DNA from: Negaprion brevirostris
Lineage: Eukaryota
Direction: 5' to 3'
Length of the DNA: 64,000 nucleotides
NCBI GenBank assembly: GCA_030324005.1
Contig: JARDVH010000097.1
Coordinates: forward strand, 26,273,073-26,337,072
Below the pieces are notes generated by a model. The model was given only the letters and a program-made list of their open reading frames with translations. It did not search any database and was not told where the DNA came from. Shown here one piece after another: positions 1 to 13,773 of this stretch. The position numbers and the translations under genes are program-made. Each line of letters starts with the position of its first letter. Within the stretch, counting starts at the first letter, position 1.

Positions 1-214
1 ATGTGCTAGTGAGAGTAGGAATAGGTGGATTAGGAAGATGAATGCCTGGCTTGAGAGCTGGTGGAGGGGGCAGGGATTTAGATTTTTGGATCATTGGTAT
101 CTTTTTTGAGGAAGGGCTGATCTGTTCAAGAGGAATAGGATCCATTTGAACTGGAGGGGAACAAACATCCTGGCGGGGAGATTTGCTAGAACCACTCTGG
201 AGGGTTTAAACTAG
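1..214 (+). mobile_element. CR1-type LINE ORF1 C-terminus (SGNH esterase-like), decayed
   Basis: Translates as ...ASESRNRWIRKMNAWLESWWRGQGFRFLDHW..GRADLFKRNRIHLNWRGTNILAGRFAR..GLN*, the typical end of the vertebrate CR1 ORF1 esterase domain; contains an in-frame stop. Confidence 0.8.
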
Positions 215-282
215 TTTGGCAGGGGGATGAGATCCAAAGAAGTAGGGAGACAGAAGAGAAGTTTGAGGACAGCACAGAACCG

Positions 283-415
283 TCCACACACCTGACGAAG
301 GAACACCATTTCTGAAAGCTTGTCGGATTACTATCAAATAAACTGGTTGGACTTAAACCTGGTGTTGTGAGACTTTTTACTGTGTTTACCCCAGTCCAAT
401 GCTGGCATCTCTACT
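283..415 (+). mobile_element. Penelope-like element 3' terminal repeat (pLTR) fragment
   Basis: Same sequence as the ends of the GIY-YIG-coding elements at 31280 and 36711 (ctgacgaagg...gaaagct...aataaac..gttggact.taacctggtgttgtgagact...ccccagtccaatgctggcatctc). Confidence 0.8.
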
Positions 416-419
416 TCGC

Positions 420-664
420 AATTTTTTCACACAGAGGGTGGTGTCTGGAACAAGCTGCCAGAGGTAGTAGTAGAGGCAGGTACAATTTTATCTTTTAAAA
501 AACATTTTGATAGTTACATGGGTACGATGGGTATAGATGGATATGGGCCAAATGCGGGCAGTTGGGATTAGCTTAGAAGTTTCAAAATAAAAGCTGGCAT
601 GGACAGGTTGGGCCGAAGGGCCTGTTTCCATGCTGTAAACCTCTATGTTTCTATGACTCTATGA
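420..664 (+). mobile_element. CR1 LINE 3' end with tandem tail
   Basis: CR1 3' consensus (tttttcacacagagggtggtg..tggaacaagctgccagaggtagtag) ending in ctctatgtttctatgactctatga. Confidence 0.8.
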
Positions 665-1727
665 GTGTATCAAGGATTTCATGGCTCAGCATTTGGAAAA
701 CAGTGTTATAATCAGGCAAAGTCAGCATAGATATACAAAGAGAAATTCTTTGAGGGTGTAACCAGTAGAGTTGACCAAGGAGAACCAGTGGATGTGGTCT
801 ATTTAGACTTTCTGAAAGCTGTCGACAAGGTTTTACATAGCAGGCTACTATGCAAATTAAAGTGCACGGAATTGTGAGTAGGGTCCTGAGAAGGATAGAA
901 AACTGGTGGCAGATAGGAAACAAAGAGCTTAAATGGATCTTTTTCTGATGGCAAGCAGTGATAAGTGGAGTAGTTCAGGGATCTGTGGTAGGACCCCAAC
1001 TTTTCACAACCTATATTAATGATTTGGAAGAGGGAACTAAATCTATTATGTCCAGATTTGTAGATGATACAAAGTTGGGTGGGAGGGTGAGCTATGAAAA
1101 GGATGCAGAGATGCTTGGGTGATTTTGATAGGCTGAGTATAAGGGCACAGGCATGGCAGACACAATATAATGTGGATAAATGAGAGGTTATTCATTTTGG
1201 TAGCAATAATAGGAAGACAGAACATTATTTGAATGGATGTAAATTGAGAGAGGTGGATATCCAGCAAGATCTTTATGTCCTTGTGCATCAGTCACTGAAA
1301 ATAAACATGCAGATACAGCAGGTAGTAAAGAAGTGAAATGGAATGTTAACCTTCCTAGCAAGTCAATTTGAGTACAGAAAATAGGAATGTATTACTGCAA
1401 TTGTATAGGGTGTTGGCGAAGCCACACCTAGAGTATTGTGTGCAGTTTTGATGTCTTTATCTGAGGAAGGATGTCACTGCTATAAATGGAATGAAGCGAA
1501 GGTTATCAGGCTAATCCCTGGGATGGCAGGTCTGTCATAATGCAAAGAGACTAAATCAGTTAGGATTATATTTATTTGGAGTTTAAAAAAATGAGAGGGG
1601 ATCTCATAAAAACTTATAAAACTCTAACAGGATTAGCGAGGGTGTATTCAGAAAGAATGTTCCTAATGAATGACAGAACAGGTTTGAACTGTCGAATAGT
1701 CTACTCCTGCTTCTATTTCTTCTATCT
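665..1727 (+). mobile_element. CR1 LINE ORF2 (reverse transcriptase) decayed fragment
   Basis: Motifs VDVVYLDFxKAxDKV (788-830), QGSVVGP (976-997), FVDDTKLGG (1057-1083) and RPHLEYCVQF-like (1420-1448); multiple frameshifts. Confidence 0.85.
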
Positions 1728-1734
1728 GTGAGCA

Positions 1735-1912
1735 CTAAGTGGCAATTTTGCATGGCTAATCCATATGGCTACACTGTGGGAGGGAACCAAAACAACCAGA
1801 GGAAACCCGCACAGAGAGAAAGTGCAAACTCCACACAAACAGCCACTAAGGCTGGAATCAAATCCGGGTCCCTGGTGCTATGAGGCAGCAGTACTAACTA
1901 CTATGCCACCAC
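1735..1912 (-). mobile_element. HE1-type tRNA-derived SINE
   Basis: Reverse complement reads ggtggcatagtagttagtactgctgcctcatagcaccagggacccggatttgattcc (A/B-box-like head), followed by the gtgtggagtttgcac body shared with other copies in the window. Confidence 0.75.
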
Positions 1913-3429
1913 GCTACTCCAGTCGAAAAAAAATAGCTACCTGTGCTTTTATATTGATTGACACTTATTTGACTGATTTTTGATAGATTACAGGTTGTAA
2001 AATTTGTGCTGGAAAATTGTCATGTTCTGGGATTGGGTACATATTATGTTATTTTGTTTCCCTTGATCAGATCCTGTCATTTCATAAATGTCATAATGCG
2101 GAGAGTCTAAGTCATACTGGAAATATAATTGCATACTTCCAAAATGGCATCCTTCAGTCACCATTCTTCCCATACACCATACACAGTATGTATCAGCAGG
2201 TTATTTTTAGAGATCATCACAAGTATATCTGATCTTGCTCTTACCATCTGCTTTGAAATAGAAAGGAACACTTTCTGTTCTTCCCTTCCCAGAGACTGAT
2301 CCGTTGTTTGGATAGTCGAGGCCATTATCAATGCTTGGCTGATTTTCAAATGCATGTTTCAACTTAGTAAGTCTCCATTCATCTGAGAATGAATGCCATT
2401 TGCAAGAAGTTGTAGTAACAGATTGTAACTTTGATGTGGTTTCTGGTTTGTTGACACAAGCTAATAGGATTACAAATATTACAAGGTTTTTTCACACGGT
2501 AGAAGAAATTTTTCTTCAAATCAATTTTATGGAAGCTTTAATTTGACAGTGAGGGGTTTATTTTTTTCCCAAAAGATGTAAAATGTTTCCATTGACATTG
2601 CATGGAATCTAAAGACTATACATAATGCACCATAGGTGAATGACTATGAAGGATAAAATGGGTACATAGAGGTGGCATGGGTGACCTGAGGTGTTAAAAA
2701 GGATATATAGGGACATAAAGGTGCTGTAGGGTTGATAGGGTGATTAAGATGGTACAGGCTGACATGGAAGGTGGGTGGAAGGATAAGGGAGGTGAGTGGT
2801 GAGGTTTAGGTGACCCTTAAACAAAATTGGGAGCTGGGATGCTATGTTGGACAATGAAGCAAGCCTTCTAACTGGCCTAATGTACTCCATCATTACCTGC
2901 AAGCTGCATTGCCAATCTGATCCCGGTATGAAAAGACAAAAAAGGGTTGGGTCAAGTTTGCTGTTTGCAAGAGAAAGGACGTGTATTGGGTTTTCACAAA
3001 CCAGACGAAGATTTGGCCACTAATCCTTATTAATGCATATTTCTGTTCCTCTGAAAGGTTTGATCTAATGGCATTCACAAAATGAAATGAGTGAAAAGGA
3101 TTTGCAAGCCACTCTAGACAAATTACATCAAGATTCCAGTTACATTCATGAGGGACCTTCTCTTCAAACTCAAAACATCCATTGAACAGTTTTGTGATGA
3201 CCTCCTAAACCATAGCTTCATAATGACGTGTCTCAGCAAGATGACTCATATAAACAATAAAACTGTTTTTAGTGTTCCTTTTACTGCTTTTTCCCAGAGT
3301 CATGAGTAATTTCCTATAGTATAGTAAATCTTTGATTCAGGTTCTCCAAATGATTTGGAGCTTCTATTAAAGGCTAAAACAAAAGTTTTTGATAAGTTTT
3401 GACTTCACAACCTCCTTTTCAAAGTAATT

Positions 3430-3948
3430 TTTTTTTTATTCATTCAAGTGGCATGGGCATCACTGGCTGGTCAGCATTTATTGCCCATCCCTAGTCGCCC
3501 ATCCAGGGCAATTGAAAGTCAACCACATTGCTGTGGCTCACATGTGCACCAGACCAGATAAGGATGGCAGATTTCATAGAATCGTAGAATCTCTACAGTG
3601 CAAAAGGAGGCTATTTAGCTCATCAAGTCTGCACCAGTCACAGTCCCACCCAGTCCCTATTCCTGCAGACCTACATATTTACCCTGCTGGTCGCCCAACA
3701 CGAAGGGGCAATTTGCCAACTTAATCTGCACATTTGGATTTCCTTTCCTAAAAGACATTAATGAACCAGATGGGTTTTTCTGACAATTAGCAATGGTTTC
3801 ATGGTCGTCAGTAGATTCTTAATTTTAGATTTTTTTTATTGAATTTAAGTTCCACCATCTGCCATGGTGGGATTCAAATCCAGTCCCCAGAACATTAGCT
3901 GAGTTTCTGGATTAATGGTCTAGGGATAATACCATGAGGCTATTCCCC
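3430..3948 (-). mobile_element. tRNA-headed SINE (family also at 24262-24805) with a nested SINE fragment
   Basis: Near-identical to 24262-24805; A-rich tail at the left end and gggattcaaatcc B-box region at the right. Confidence 0.7.
3576..3736 (-). mobile_element. 5'-truncated HE1-type SINE 3' end nested in another SINE
   Basis: Has an atagaatc tandem tail; flanked by GATTTC direct repeats at 3570-3575 and 3737-3742. Confidence 0.7.
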
Positions 3949-5559
3949 ACAATTATTTTATCAGCAGAATAATTATTGAAATTAAAATGAAAAAGTTCAT
4001 TTTTATCTGATTCCTACAAAATGTTCTATGGATGGCTCAGGTTCTGATTTCCATGCAAGTTACATATTAATTGATAAAGCATACTGGAGTGTTGGATGTG
4101 CAGCATATACTTGAGTTTAGCATTTGTGTTTGTCTAAAATAACATAATTCATTGCTAAGAAAAAGTTTCTCTCAAATTTAATATGGCCCAGATTTTTTTT
4201 TAACAAGATTAGTTAATCTCCTGTGACACTAGTCTGGAGCTTGGTTGTGATGTTTAGTTTGTTTTTGTTCCAAACTGGAGAATGAAAATGAACAATGGAA
4301 ATTGAAAAAGCAGAGCCAGGAAGGGCGAAGAGAAAGGTACAGGCAAGGGGGTCACAACACAATGGGTTGAGGGACAGCTGATCTAAGCTTGGGTCAGAGC
4401 ACAATAAAGAGGCTTAGAGAAGGAATGCACAGGAACAATCGTGGTGTAGAATGCACTTATGAGCAGATGGAGCCCAAGATCAAAATTTCATACCCACCCC
4501 ACCCGAGATTACCGGGACATAAAGTTGCATAGTGGCTGTTACCATGCCTTACACCTACCCAACCCACATTGGCATTTACCTGTGAGAGCAGGTGTTGGGC
4601 AGCTCACCTACTTTGGTGTAATAGAGGCTGTTAAGTTGCCAGTTAATAACCATGTGGTGATAGTGCTATGTAAAGCTTGGCTGCAGACTCAGAGTTCGGT
4701 GTCAGGTGGGGAGAGGAGCAGGGTTGAATTTCTCTCTGTATCCAACAAACAAATCCCAACAGAGATAATCACTTCCACTTAAATGAACCTTTCCCTAGCC
4801 ACTCAACCATACCTACCTAAACCTATCCACCACCTCCCCAACCCCGATCCCCACTGTCTGCCAGGGCTTGCCTGGGTGGTCCTGAGGAAGCAGCCCTAAC
4901 TTACTTTGGCATCTGGTCTCCCACATGATTCCTCGCAGGGAATTAAATGAAATCTCAACAGGGGCAGAAGCCACAACCTCAAGCAATTAATAACACTGTA
5001 AAATCCAGTCATGATTTCCCAGCCCAGTGGAGACAGGTTTGTCTGTGACATTTCAGCAAGTGGATAGGGCTGCCATCTCCACGTAAAAGTCTGGCCCAAG
5101 GAACTGTTGGAGTCAGAATGGAACAAAGCACTGTAAGAAGATTATGCCAAAAAAACACAGCACGGTACAAACTGCGATTAGAGAGTAGTACATAATCTGA
5201 GGCATAGATGAACTAAAATGATAGAGAATTCATTAATAATGATTCATATATTTAATAGGTCTAGGAATGCAGGCAATGCTAGTGGCAGCTATTATGAGAA
5301 TTTCCAGATCAGGTTTCTAATGAGAAAGCTATATTTAGGAGATTTTGTTGTTTCTGATCATTCAATTAGGAAATTGTAATTTCCTCACTCTCTGTTCCTC
5401 AGCTNNNNNNCCCACCGGCCCCCCACTCCAACCCCTATTCAGTGTTGTCCATACCCAAATCCAGTCTTTCCCTGCCATCTCCATTTTGCTGCAGGGTTTC
5501 TGTAGCGCAATGTCCTGGGCCCAACCATCTTCAGCTGGTTGAAATAAAGAACCTACTTT

Positions 5560-6230
5560 CTGTCTTAAGGTCAAAGGTAGAGATGTTTGCTGATGATTAC
5601 ACAATGTTGAACACTATTTATGACTTCTCCGATACTGAAGTTCTCTGTGCCAATATGCAATAAGACCTGGGCTTGGGTGGATACGTAGCAAGTAACATTT
5701 GTGGCACACAAATGTCAGACAATATCTATCTCCAACAGGAGAGAATCCAACAATCTCCCCTTAATATCCCCATTATCAACATCCTTGGTGTTAACATTCA
5801 CCAGATACTGAACTGATGTCAAACCATCAAAAGATTGGCTGCAGGAGCAGATCAGAAGGTGTGAAATCTGCAGGGAGTAACTCTCCTGACTTCCCAAAGC
5901 CTGACCACGATCTACAAGGCACAACTCAGGAGTGTGATGGAACAGTCTCCGCTTGCCTGCATGACTGCAGTTCTATCAGCACAAAAGAAGCTTGATTCCC
6001 ATCCAGGACAAAGCAGTCCACTTGATTTGCACCTCATTCAACACCACCAACATCCATTCCCTGCACCACCGAAGCGCAGAAGCAGCAATGTGTACCATCT
6101 ACGAGATGCACTGCAGCAACTCAACAAGGACCCTTTGGCAATACCTTCCAAACTTGTGACGTCTACCACCTAGAAGGACAAGGCAGCAGATGCATGGCAA
6201 CACCACCTGCTGCAACTCCCCCTCCAAGCT
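5560..6230 (+). mobile_element. CR1/L2-clade LINE 3' ORF2 fragment
   Basis: VEMFADDYT RT motif; IYKAQLRSVMEQSPLA C-terminal motif; homologous to 21815-22260. Confidence 0.75.
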
Positions 6231-6649
6231 ACACACCTGTTAGCACTGCTGTCGCACAGCAAAAGGGACCATGGTTCGATTCCAGCCTTGGGTGATTGTC
6301 TGTAGAGTTTGCACATTCTCTCGGTTGGGCATGTTGGAGACTCATTGGGAGGGTCTTGATGTCCCAGTGCTGGTGATCTCTGTTGGTGTGAGGGGGTGGA
6401 AATGCTGCTAATGATGGGGAGGTGGGTGGGGTCCGATGTCCCTGGGGTTTGGGAGGGTTAAGGTCTTCTGGTTCAGTAGGAGGTCGGGGTGCCCTCTGCA
6501 ATGTCACCTGGTGTACCTAGGCTCACCCAGCCTCCTTCTCCCCCTCTCCCCACCCTATATATAGGCCACTAATGCATGGTTGATGGCATAAAACTTTAGC
6601 CAGACAAAACTGCAGATACACAAGTGTCTATTCCTATGGACAAGCACAT

Positions 6650-7055
6650 TTCACAGCACTTTCTGTATATGACAAATTATCTCTCCAAATTCATTCTGTG
6701 TTATAGTTAGATCACTGGATCACGTCATCAACTTCTCCTTCAGGATTTGAATGGTGTTGGCAAGAACATCACATATAAGCTTTCAACACGGGCTCAAATG
6801 AGCATTGGCAATCTTTGCTACTACAATCCTTTGATGTTCAGGCACCTGTTATCATCTCAGCAGATGCCTCCCACTTTGGACTCAGTGCAACATGCGTGCA
6901 AAATGGCAGACCAGTAGCTTTTGCCTCAAGGGCACTCAGTGACACTGATACTTATTATACATAAATTGAGGAGGAACTCCGTGCCTTAGTTTTTGCATGT
7001 CAGAAATTTCACGATTTCATATATAGCCATCCCATTGGAAACTACCACATAGCTA
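6650..7055 (+). mobile_element. Gypsy LTR retrotransposon RT-connection/RNase H fragment
   Basis: Translates FDVQAPVIISADASHFGLSATCVQNGRPVAFASRALSDTDTYYT*IEEELRALVFACQKFHDFIY, a Ty3/Gypsy RNase H signature. Confidence 0.85.
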
Positions 7056-7059
7056 TTGG

Positions 7060-7720
7060 GTTGTGGGGACTTGCTGTTGACCACCACCAATTGGTCAGAG
7101 GCCACTTGCAGTCTGGATTCGGATTGTTGGCCTGATGCTAATGGTTCAGGCTGTGAGCAATGTAATCATAAAGTGTCTTGTACATTAGGTTCAAGTTTGG
7201 GCTGCAGTAGAGCCTTGGCAGTGGGAATCATGGTCCTAGTACGCCTGGAATTAAGTTGCTGTGTGGAAAAGGGCAGACCCTGTTATGAAAGAATAGCAAG
7301 CTAAGTAATGCAGCACAGTGACCAGTGTGGTCCCATGCATAATTTTCCAAGAAGTGTTTCGCTGAGCATACCACTCTTTGTGCGAGCTTGCTTGATTGGT
7401 GGTGGAGGGAGACCTGTTTGTGGTGTGTCCTAAGTCCCAGGTGCCTGCAAAATCCTGAAACTCCGCAGAGACAAATTGTCGAGCATCATCTGTTGTGATT
7501 CTCTGTGGGATGCCTTATAAGGCAAAGTGTTTCTTGACTCTGATGATCACTGAACTGCTGGTTGCGTTAGAAGGTGGTTGAGTTTGAACCACCTGGAATA
7601 TGAACAGACGAGAACCAAATGCTTTTCATCATTACACTGAAAAATGTCAGTCGCTGTGAATGCCCACATGATATTTGGATTTTGTCACCACATAGACTGT
7701 TTGGATTGGTGAACGTTGTT
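7060..7720 (-). mobile_element. Gypsy integrase fragment (inverted relative to flanks)
   Basis: Minus strand gives ATDIFQC..KHLVLVCSYS.WF, KKHFAL*GIPQRITTDD, SAEFQDFAGTWD and RRTRTMIPTAKALLQPK, with frameshifts. Confidence 0.75.
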
Positions 7721-7896
7721 TTGTTTTGTCTTCTCTGTTCGTCCCTCTCGTCACATGTCGAAAGGAAGAAGAGAAGTACACACAATGGGCCATGCAAGTT
7801 GCAAGAGCCCAATCTGCATTTCATTGCTCACACAAAGAGCAGTTCACTGTTGAATAGCAAACTGCACTTGTACGTACCAAACTAATTTGGGGAAGA

Positions 7897-8081
7897 TGTA
7901 GACATGGTTGTCACATGACTACATGATGATGTGGGCATGTCGAGCGTCACGTGACGGAAACGTGCCAGATTTCCCTGGGACCTTTGGCACAACACTGGTG
8001 TTTTACCATAGCTTCAGAGTTCGTTAAATAAACTTATTGTTATTACAGTCCATGTTACACTCAGTGTTACAGCATACCACA
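7897..8081 (+). repeat. 3' LTR of Gypsy element (~185 bp)
   Basis: Preceded by polypurine tract ggggaaga; starts TG, ends CA; internal AATAAA at ~8027. Confidence 0.65.
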
Positions 8082-8289
8082 GTAAATTACACATTGATCG
8101 CTCAATTCATTTATTAAAATGAAACTGATGCAGATTTCCACTCCATAGCTTCAAGTGTAGATGAATAAATGATGCAAACCTTTTACTTTTTACTTGATGT
8201 AACTGGATTCACACTAACTGTTTAAACATTTAGAAGTTTATATTGGAAAACCTTTTGGTGAGTACATCAATAGATTTATCTCCAACATG

Positions 8290-8540
8290 GCCGCAGCTGG
8301 AGTACTGTGTGCAGTTTTGGTCGCCGCACTTACGCAAGGATATTTTGGCCTTGGAGGGAGTGCANNNNNNNNNNNNNNNNNNNNNNNNNNNNNNNNNNNN
8401 NNNNNNNNNNNNNNNNNNNNNNNNNNNNNNNNNNNNNNNNNNNNNNNNNNNNNNNNNNNNNNNNTTGAATGGCGGGGCAGGCTCGAAGGGCTACATGGCC
8501 TACTCCTGCTCCTATTTCTTATGTTCTTATGTTCTTATGA
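8290..8540 (+). mobile_element. CR1 3' fragment with (TTCTTATG)n tail, spanning a gap
   Basis: PQLEYCVQFWSPHLRKDILALEGVQ motif, then the tail tttcttatgttcttatgttcttatg. Confidence 0.8.
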
Positions 8541-9884
8541 AGTACATTTGTACTAAGACATTACGCAAATATTATTTGCACTGTAACACATACTCTGCTT
8601 AAAGGAAACTAGATGAAACGTTACCGTGGTTTCGGTATACCTACAGCAGTAGGCTATTTTTAATTCCTTCCTTACAGCAATCCTATATCCAGGATGTTCA
8701 GTTTATAATTTTAAAAATCGATTAATTCAGTAAATCATGCTGTGATTGGATTATCAATAAATGCAAAGCTTTGATACACTTATCCATATTTTTGGAAAGT
8801 TAAAAAATTACTATACAATTTTTTCTAGTGAAAATACAATTGCCTTGCCTGCCACGGGAATCGGAACAGGCGAGGGACTGAACATGGGAAGCTCCGTTGA
8901 CCTCGGGCAGGACTTAAAGGTTTCAGGATAAGCAAGGCTGTAAAATCCTGCCCACAGTGTAGCAGCTCAACACGGTGTTCCTTTATTATCAGATTGCTTC
9001 TCTATAGTTATCCTGTATCATACATGCTATATAGTAGCTTTTACTCTTTCCTATCATTACTCCAAATCTTACTTACAGCGAGCCAGGTCGGCACTCCTTT
9101 CTGCCATTATCCTGGTAATTGTTTCTTGCACCTTGCTGTGCAAAACAAGCTTTTACTGAAATTGTACTTTAGTTCCCTCTCCATTCCCCAGTTCCATGAT
9201 TTGCAGAATGGTTTTGAAATCACCACTGATCAATACCATCATATTTGATTGTAACATTTTTATAATGCTTTCAATTACAGTGCCTATTTAATCATGTTGA
9301 AGACTTTTGCTTTGTAAACTTGGATATCAAAGTCGTATTTTCAGTCCAGTTTCACCTTAGCAAATTCACCATCATTAACGTTGGCAGCACATTTAAAAAA
9401 AAATTCTATCCATATTTGGGTGGCTGATGCTGTCGTTTAGACCACCAATTTGCTCTAATTTCCTCATACACAACCTTAATAGCTTCTTGCAGTTTGTTTC
9501 AAAATATGATTGATTTGTCAAGGATCTTTCGCAATGACAAAAGTCACACAATAAATCAATGATTTCTAAAACTACAAAGCCTACATAAAGCTCAGCAGAA
9601 GATCCATTATGGACTTCAGCTTCAAATAACTTCATTTCAGTACTTATTGCAGAGACGTAAGACACAGAGAGAAAAGACTGAACAGCTCTTTTCTCCAGAA
9701 AAGAACAGACTGAGGATTGACCTGATGGAAGTCTTTAAATTTATGATAGAGTCTAATAAGATAAATGTAGAGAAGATGTTTCCACTTGAGGAATCATGAA
9801 TATTAAATAGCTACTAATAAGTTCAATAAGGAATTCAAGACACAATTCTTCATTTAGAGAATTTGAAAATGTGAAATGCTTGGA

Positions 9885-10550
9885 GTCTTCTCTGAAGTAC
9901 TTCAGATGTGATCTCACCAAAGCCTGGTACAGCTATAGCAAAACATTCCTTCTTTCATATTCCATTTCCCTTGTAATAAATGCCAAAATTCCATTTATTG
10001 CTTTAATTACCTGCATACTAACATTTTGTGATTTATGTACCCCAATCCCTCTGTACGTCAGAGTTCTGCTATCCTCTCCATTTAAATAATATTCTGCTTT
10101 TCTATTCTTGCCAAATTGGACAAATTCACATTTTCCCACATTATATCATATTAGCCAAACTTTTACATACTCACTTAGCCCATCTATATGTCTTTGCAGG
10201 CTGCTTATGTCCTCTTCACAACTTACTCTCCCGTTTATCTGTGTGGTATCAGTAAATTTGGCAACCATTCTTCCCCTTCATCCAAGTCATTAATACGAAT
10301 TGTCAAAAGTTGAAACCCAGTTCTGATTCCTGTGGCACTCCACTCGTCACATCCTGCCAACCCATAAGTGACCCATTCATGCCTACTCTGTTTCCTGTTA
10401 TGTAACAAATCCTCTATCTGTGTAAATATGTTACCCCTTACACCACGAGCTCTTATTTTCTGCAGTAACCTTTGACGTAGCACGTTGGCAAATGCCCTCT
10501 GGAAATCTAAGTTTGAGGGTTCCTCTTTATCCACGTTGTTCATCATTTCC
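9885..10550 (-). mobile_element. CR1 ORF2 RT fragment
   Basis: LDFQRAFANV..RLLQKIRARGVRG, INDLDEG and VIKAINGILAFITREMEY in ORFs 10235..10546 and 9933..10139. Confidence 0.85.
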
Positions 10551-13500
10551 TCAAAGCTTATTGATCAGGCAATAGGATGGGGGTGGGGGAGGAGGGATGT
10601 ATCTTTGTACGATTGGGACCAATTCCATTCCGAAAACAAATTTTGCTATAATTGTCATAGATAATGATAACTACGCTACATTGACATGGCACTGCTATAT
10701 ACAGATATACATTTGTGTTCCCACAGCATTTTATTCCAGAGTTCTATCATCTTGATTTTAGCATCAGTATATGAAAATCAGAACAAATAATTAGCTATAT
10801 AATAGCAGAGAAACCAGGAATCTTATTTAATCACCGCCAATTAAACTTCAGGTTCACCAGCAGACCTCAGTGTTTGTCAGATGTTCATTACCATGTTTTA
10901 ACTAAAGCTGGCATTGATCTCATTAATTATTCTTTGTTTTACTAGTTACTGGAGATCACCTTTGTGAACATTTATGTATCAAGTCTGTTAATGATACATG
11001 AATAAATAAGAAGAAGTAGTTTCAAATATAAGCAAAATTTCTGGACCAGATGATCTTGCCAGCATATACAGCTGGAAAAGTCCAGCCAGGGTCTGTCAAA
11101 CTGTATGTGCCAGTATAGTGGCTGTTTAACAATTAGAATAGACAGCAAATTAGATCAGACCGTTACTTCTCTTTATTTCAGAAAGCCCATTCTCCCATAG
11201 ATTTAATGATGTTTCCTATTTGATTTCTAGTCATATAACATTATTCAGTTATTATTTTCTGTCAACTTTTCATAAATTCACTTGGAAAATAATGGATACT
11301 TGGGTAAGAATGCATCGGTCAAAAATTGAGGTTATTGGTAGGCAGAAATGTGTGGTTGAAGCGTCAAGCAGATCAGCCATGATCTTATTGAATTGTGGAG
11401 CAGGCTTGAGGGGCCATGTGGCCTACTGCTGCTCTGAATTCATATATATGTATGATCCCTAAAGAAATTGCTGTGCATTTTTTTCAGTTTCTGATTTGGT
11501 TTAATGTCTTGGTTTAATGTGCCAGACACAAGATCTGTTTTGCTTTGTACTATTATATTTTGTAAGAATATCATGCCATTTTAGAGCCTATTTTAGAATA
11601 TTTTCATTCATATGTGAACTGTAAGACAAAACAGGAAAACAGATGGGGACCTCAAATGATCTTATTTTAAAAAACCTGCATAATATTTGTGTTTTCTCAT
11701 CTATTTATCTATTTGTCTACCATGTCATCCATCACATTCATTATGTAAATAATCATAATTTTTCTGAAAGGGCTGATGATTTTAGAAGTTTGGACAGATG
11801 TACTTCTATGAATTTGGTACAACTATGCATGAATTTTAATTATCTGTAAGTAATTTTCTTCATTTTTCATGACAACTATTAATATTTTTTAAAAATTGAC
11901 CTGGTTCAATAGGATGATGTAATTGTTCATAACAATCAATGATTACTCAACTTTTAATTTGCGCCTTGAAACAAATAATGACAAGACAAGATACTTACTT
12001 ACCTGCAACATATTGACATATTGAAAGCAATTGAGTTCCCAGCATCATTTTTAAATAGGTCTGAAAAATATCGGTTGTAATACAGTCTGCATTCTACATA
12101 GTCGTATTGCTTTGCACAAAATAATCTTAATTCAGAATTAATATAGAAAATTCTGGAAAGTAGAACTCTCTGCTTTCAGCAAAGGATTTTGATTCATTCC
12201 AAAATTTTTGGGTATGGTAATTTAATTAAGTGAAGTTAGAAATCTGTGCTTGTACAAGCACCTCTCTCGACAATCATATGGAAAATTGGAGCTTTATAGT
12301 GCCACTCTCCAGGGTGTGGAACGTGTTCTCATTGTCCCAATCTGTCGACTGATGAAATTTCTGCTCCAGTGTGATGACCAAACAGGCTTCTGAAGGAAAA
12401 TATTGCAGCTTTCATATGGTGTACAATGAAAAGTGCACCAGCTGTCAGTTGGTGTGAGCTCCATTGAACCAATAGCAAGTCCCATGACTGAAATTTTCCA
12501 GACCCATATTCCCCACTTCTCTATTCACCCCGGCATCCCCACCCACACCCCCCAGGTCTAGAATTTCTGTGTAATGACACTGGCCATCAATTGAATTGCC
12601 ACTCTGAAACTTTTTACTTACCTCGGTCAGGGGCTGCACATTTCTCGCCCAATCTTCTTACTTAGCCTTGCTGAGAATTGTGCAGCTGCAGCTCCTAGAG
12701 TTCATCCTGTGCTGCAGCAGCAGCATTGAGGGAAGTGAAGCTATGCCCTCTTTTTATGATGCCAGCTACTGTAAACCAAATAAGTTTATAAGTCCCGGTC
12801 ACTTTAAGAAGTAATGGAGACGGTAACAAAGGTATGTGAGGGGTTAAGCTATTCTAGGCAGGGAGCTGCTGTCAAGTGGGGTTAGTTGGTGGTTGGGGGG
12901 CAGTTCGGATATGAGGAGGGTAATCAGAGGGGGTGAGAATAGCCTGGGGATAGTAAGTGTTGGGCGTTTGTGGAGTGGGGAAGAGGGGGGATAGTTGACA
13001 ACTGGTCAGGATGTGTTTGGAGGGGTCAGTATCATAGTTACGCATAAAACTGATTTTAATCCCTCTAAATTTTCCTAAACAACTATTCTGCTGGGAGAGT
13101 CAGGACCATCTGAAGTCTTCAATTTAATTCAGAGCTTTGGATAGTTCCTGCTGCAGGATAATTGCCCACTGGAAATTTAATCTTTCCAGGCAATTCCCAT
13201 GTGGTCCTTGCATGGGAACTTCCAGTGGGTCTTCCAACAAATCTTCTGGGTCCCCTTCAGTGTTTGGACCGGGGAGTGAAGGCGCTGAGCCCCAATCACT
13301 CTGGCACTTAAGGCTCTGCTCCTTCTAACAACGCCCTATCCATGCTCAAGTTCCACAGTCTGTGCTCCGGCTCCCTTACCCCACCCCCTGCACCCACATC
13401 TCCTCAATTCCATCGATGCCACATGGTCACATGAAATTGCAAATCTGTCTTGTTACTATATTCAAGGTTAGTCTGTGATTGCATTAGTCCATTTAAGTAA

Positions 13501-13645
13501 GTAAATACATACAGATTGTCAGTGACATTGCAGCTGCTCACATTTGATTTTGTGAATGAACAAGCTAGAGATTCTCAGCAGGAATGATGAGGTTCATTCA
13601 TTATCCATCCCTACTTGTCCTGAGAGTCTTAAGAATCAGAACAGA

Positions 13646-13773
13646 GGCCAGAATTTATGGCCCCTCTCATCCGGCATGATACTACGGCTTCACCGAAGTG
13701 AATGACAATTTAAATGAGCTGTTGCATCCGTTGATTGGGAACAGACCCTGGTGGGGCTATAATATCCTGGCCA
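13646..13773. mobile_element. Short Harbinger-type MITE (~128 bp), decayed
   Basis: Imperfect TIRs ggccagaatttat...ataatatcctggcc; same size class and terminal pattern as 46298-46424. Confidence 0.5.
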
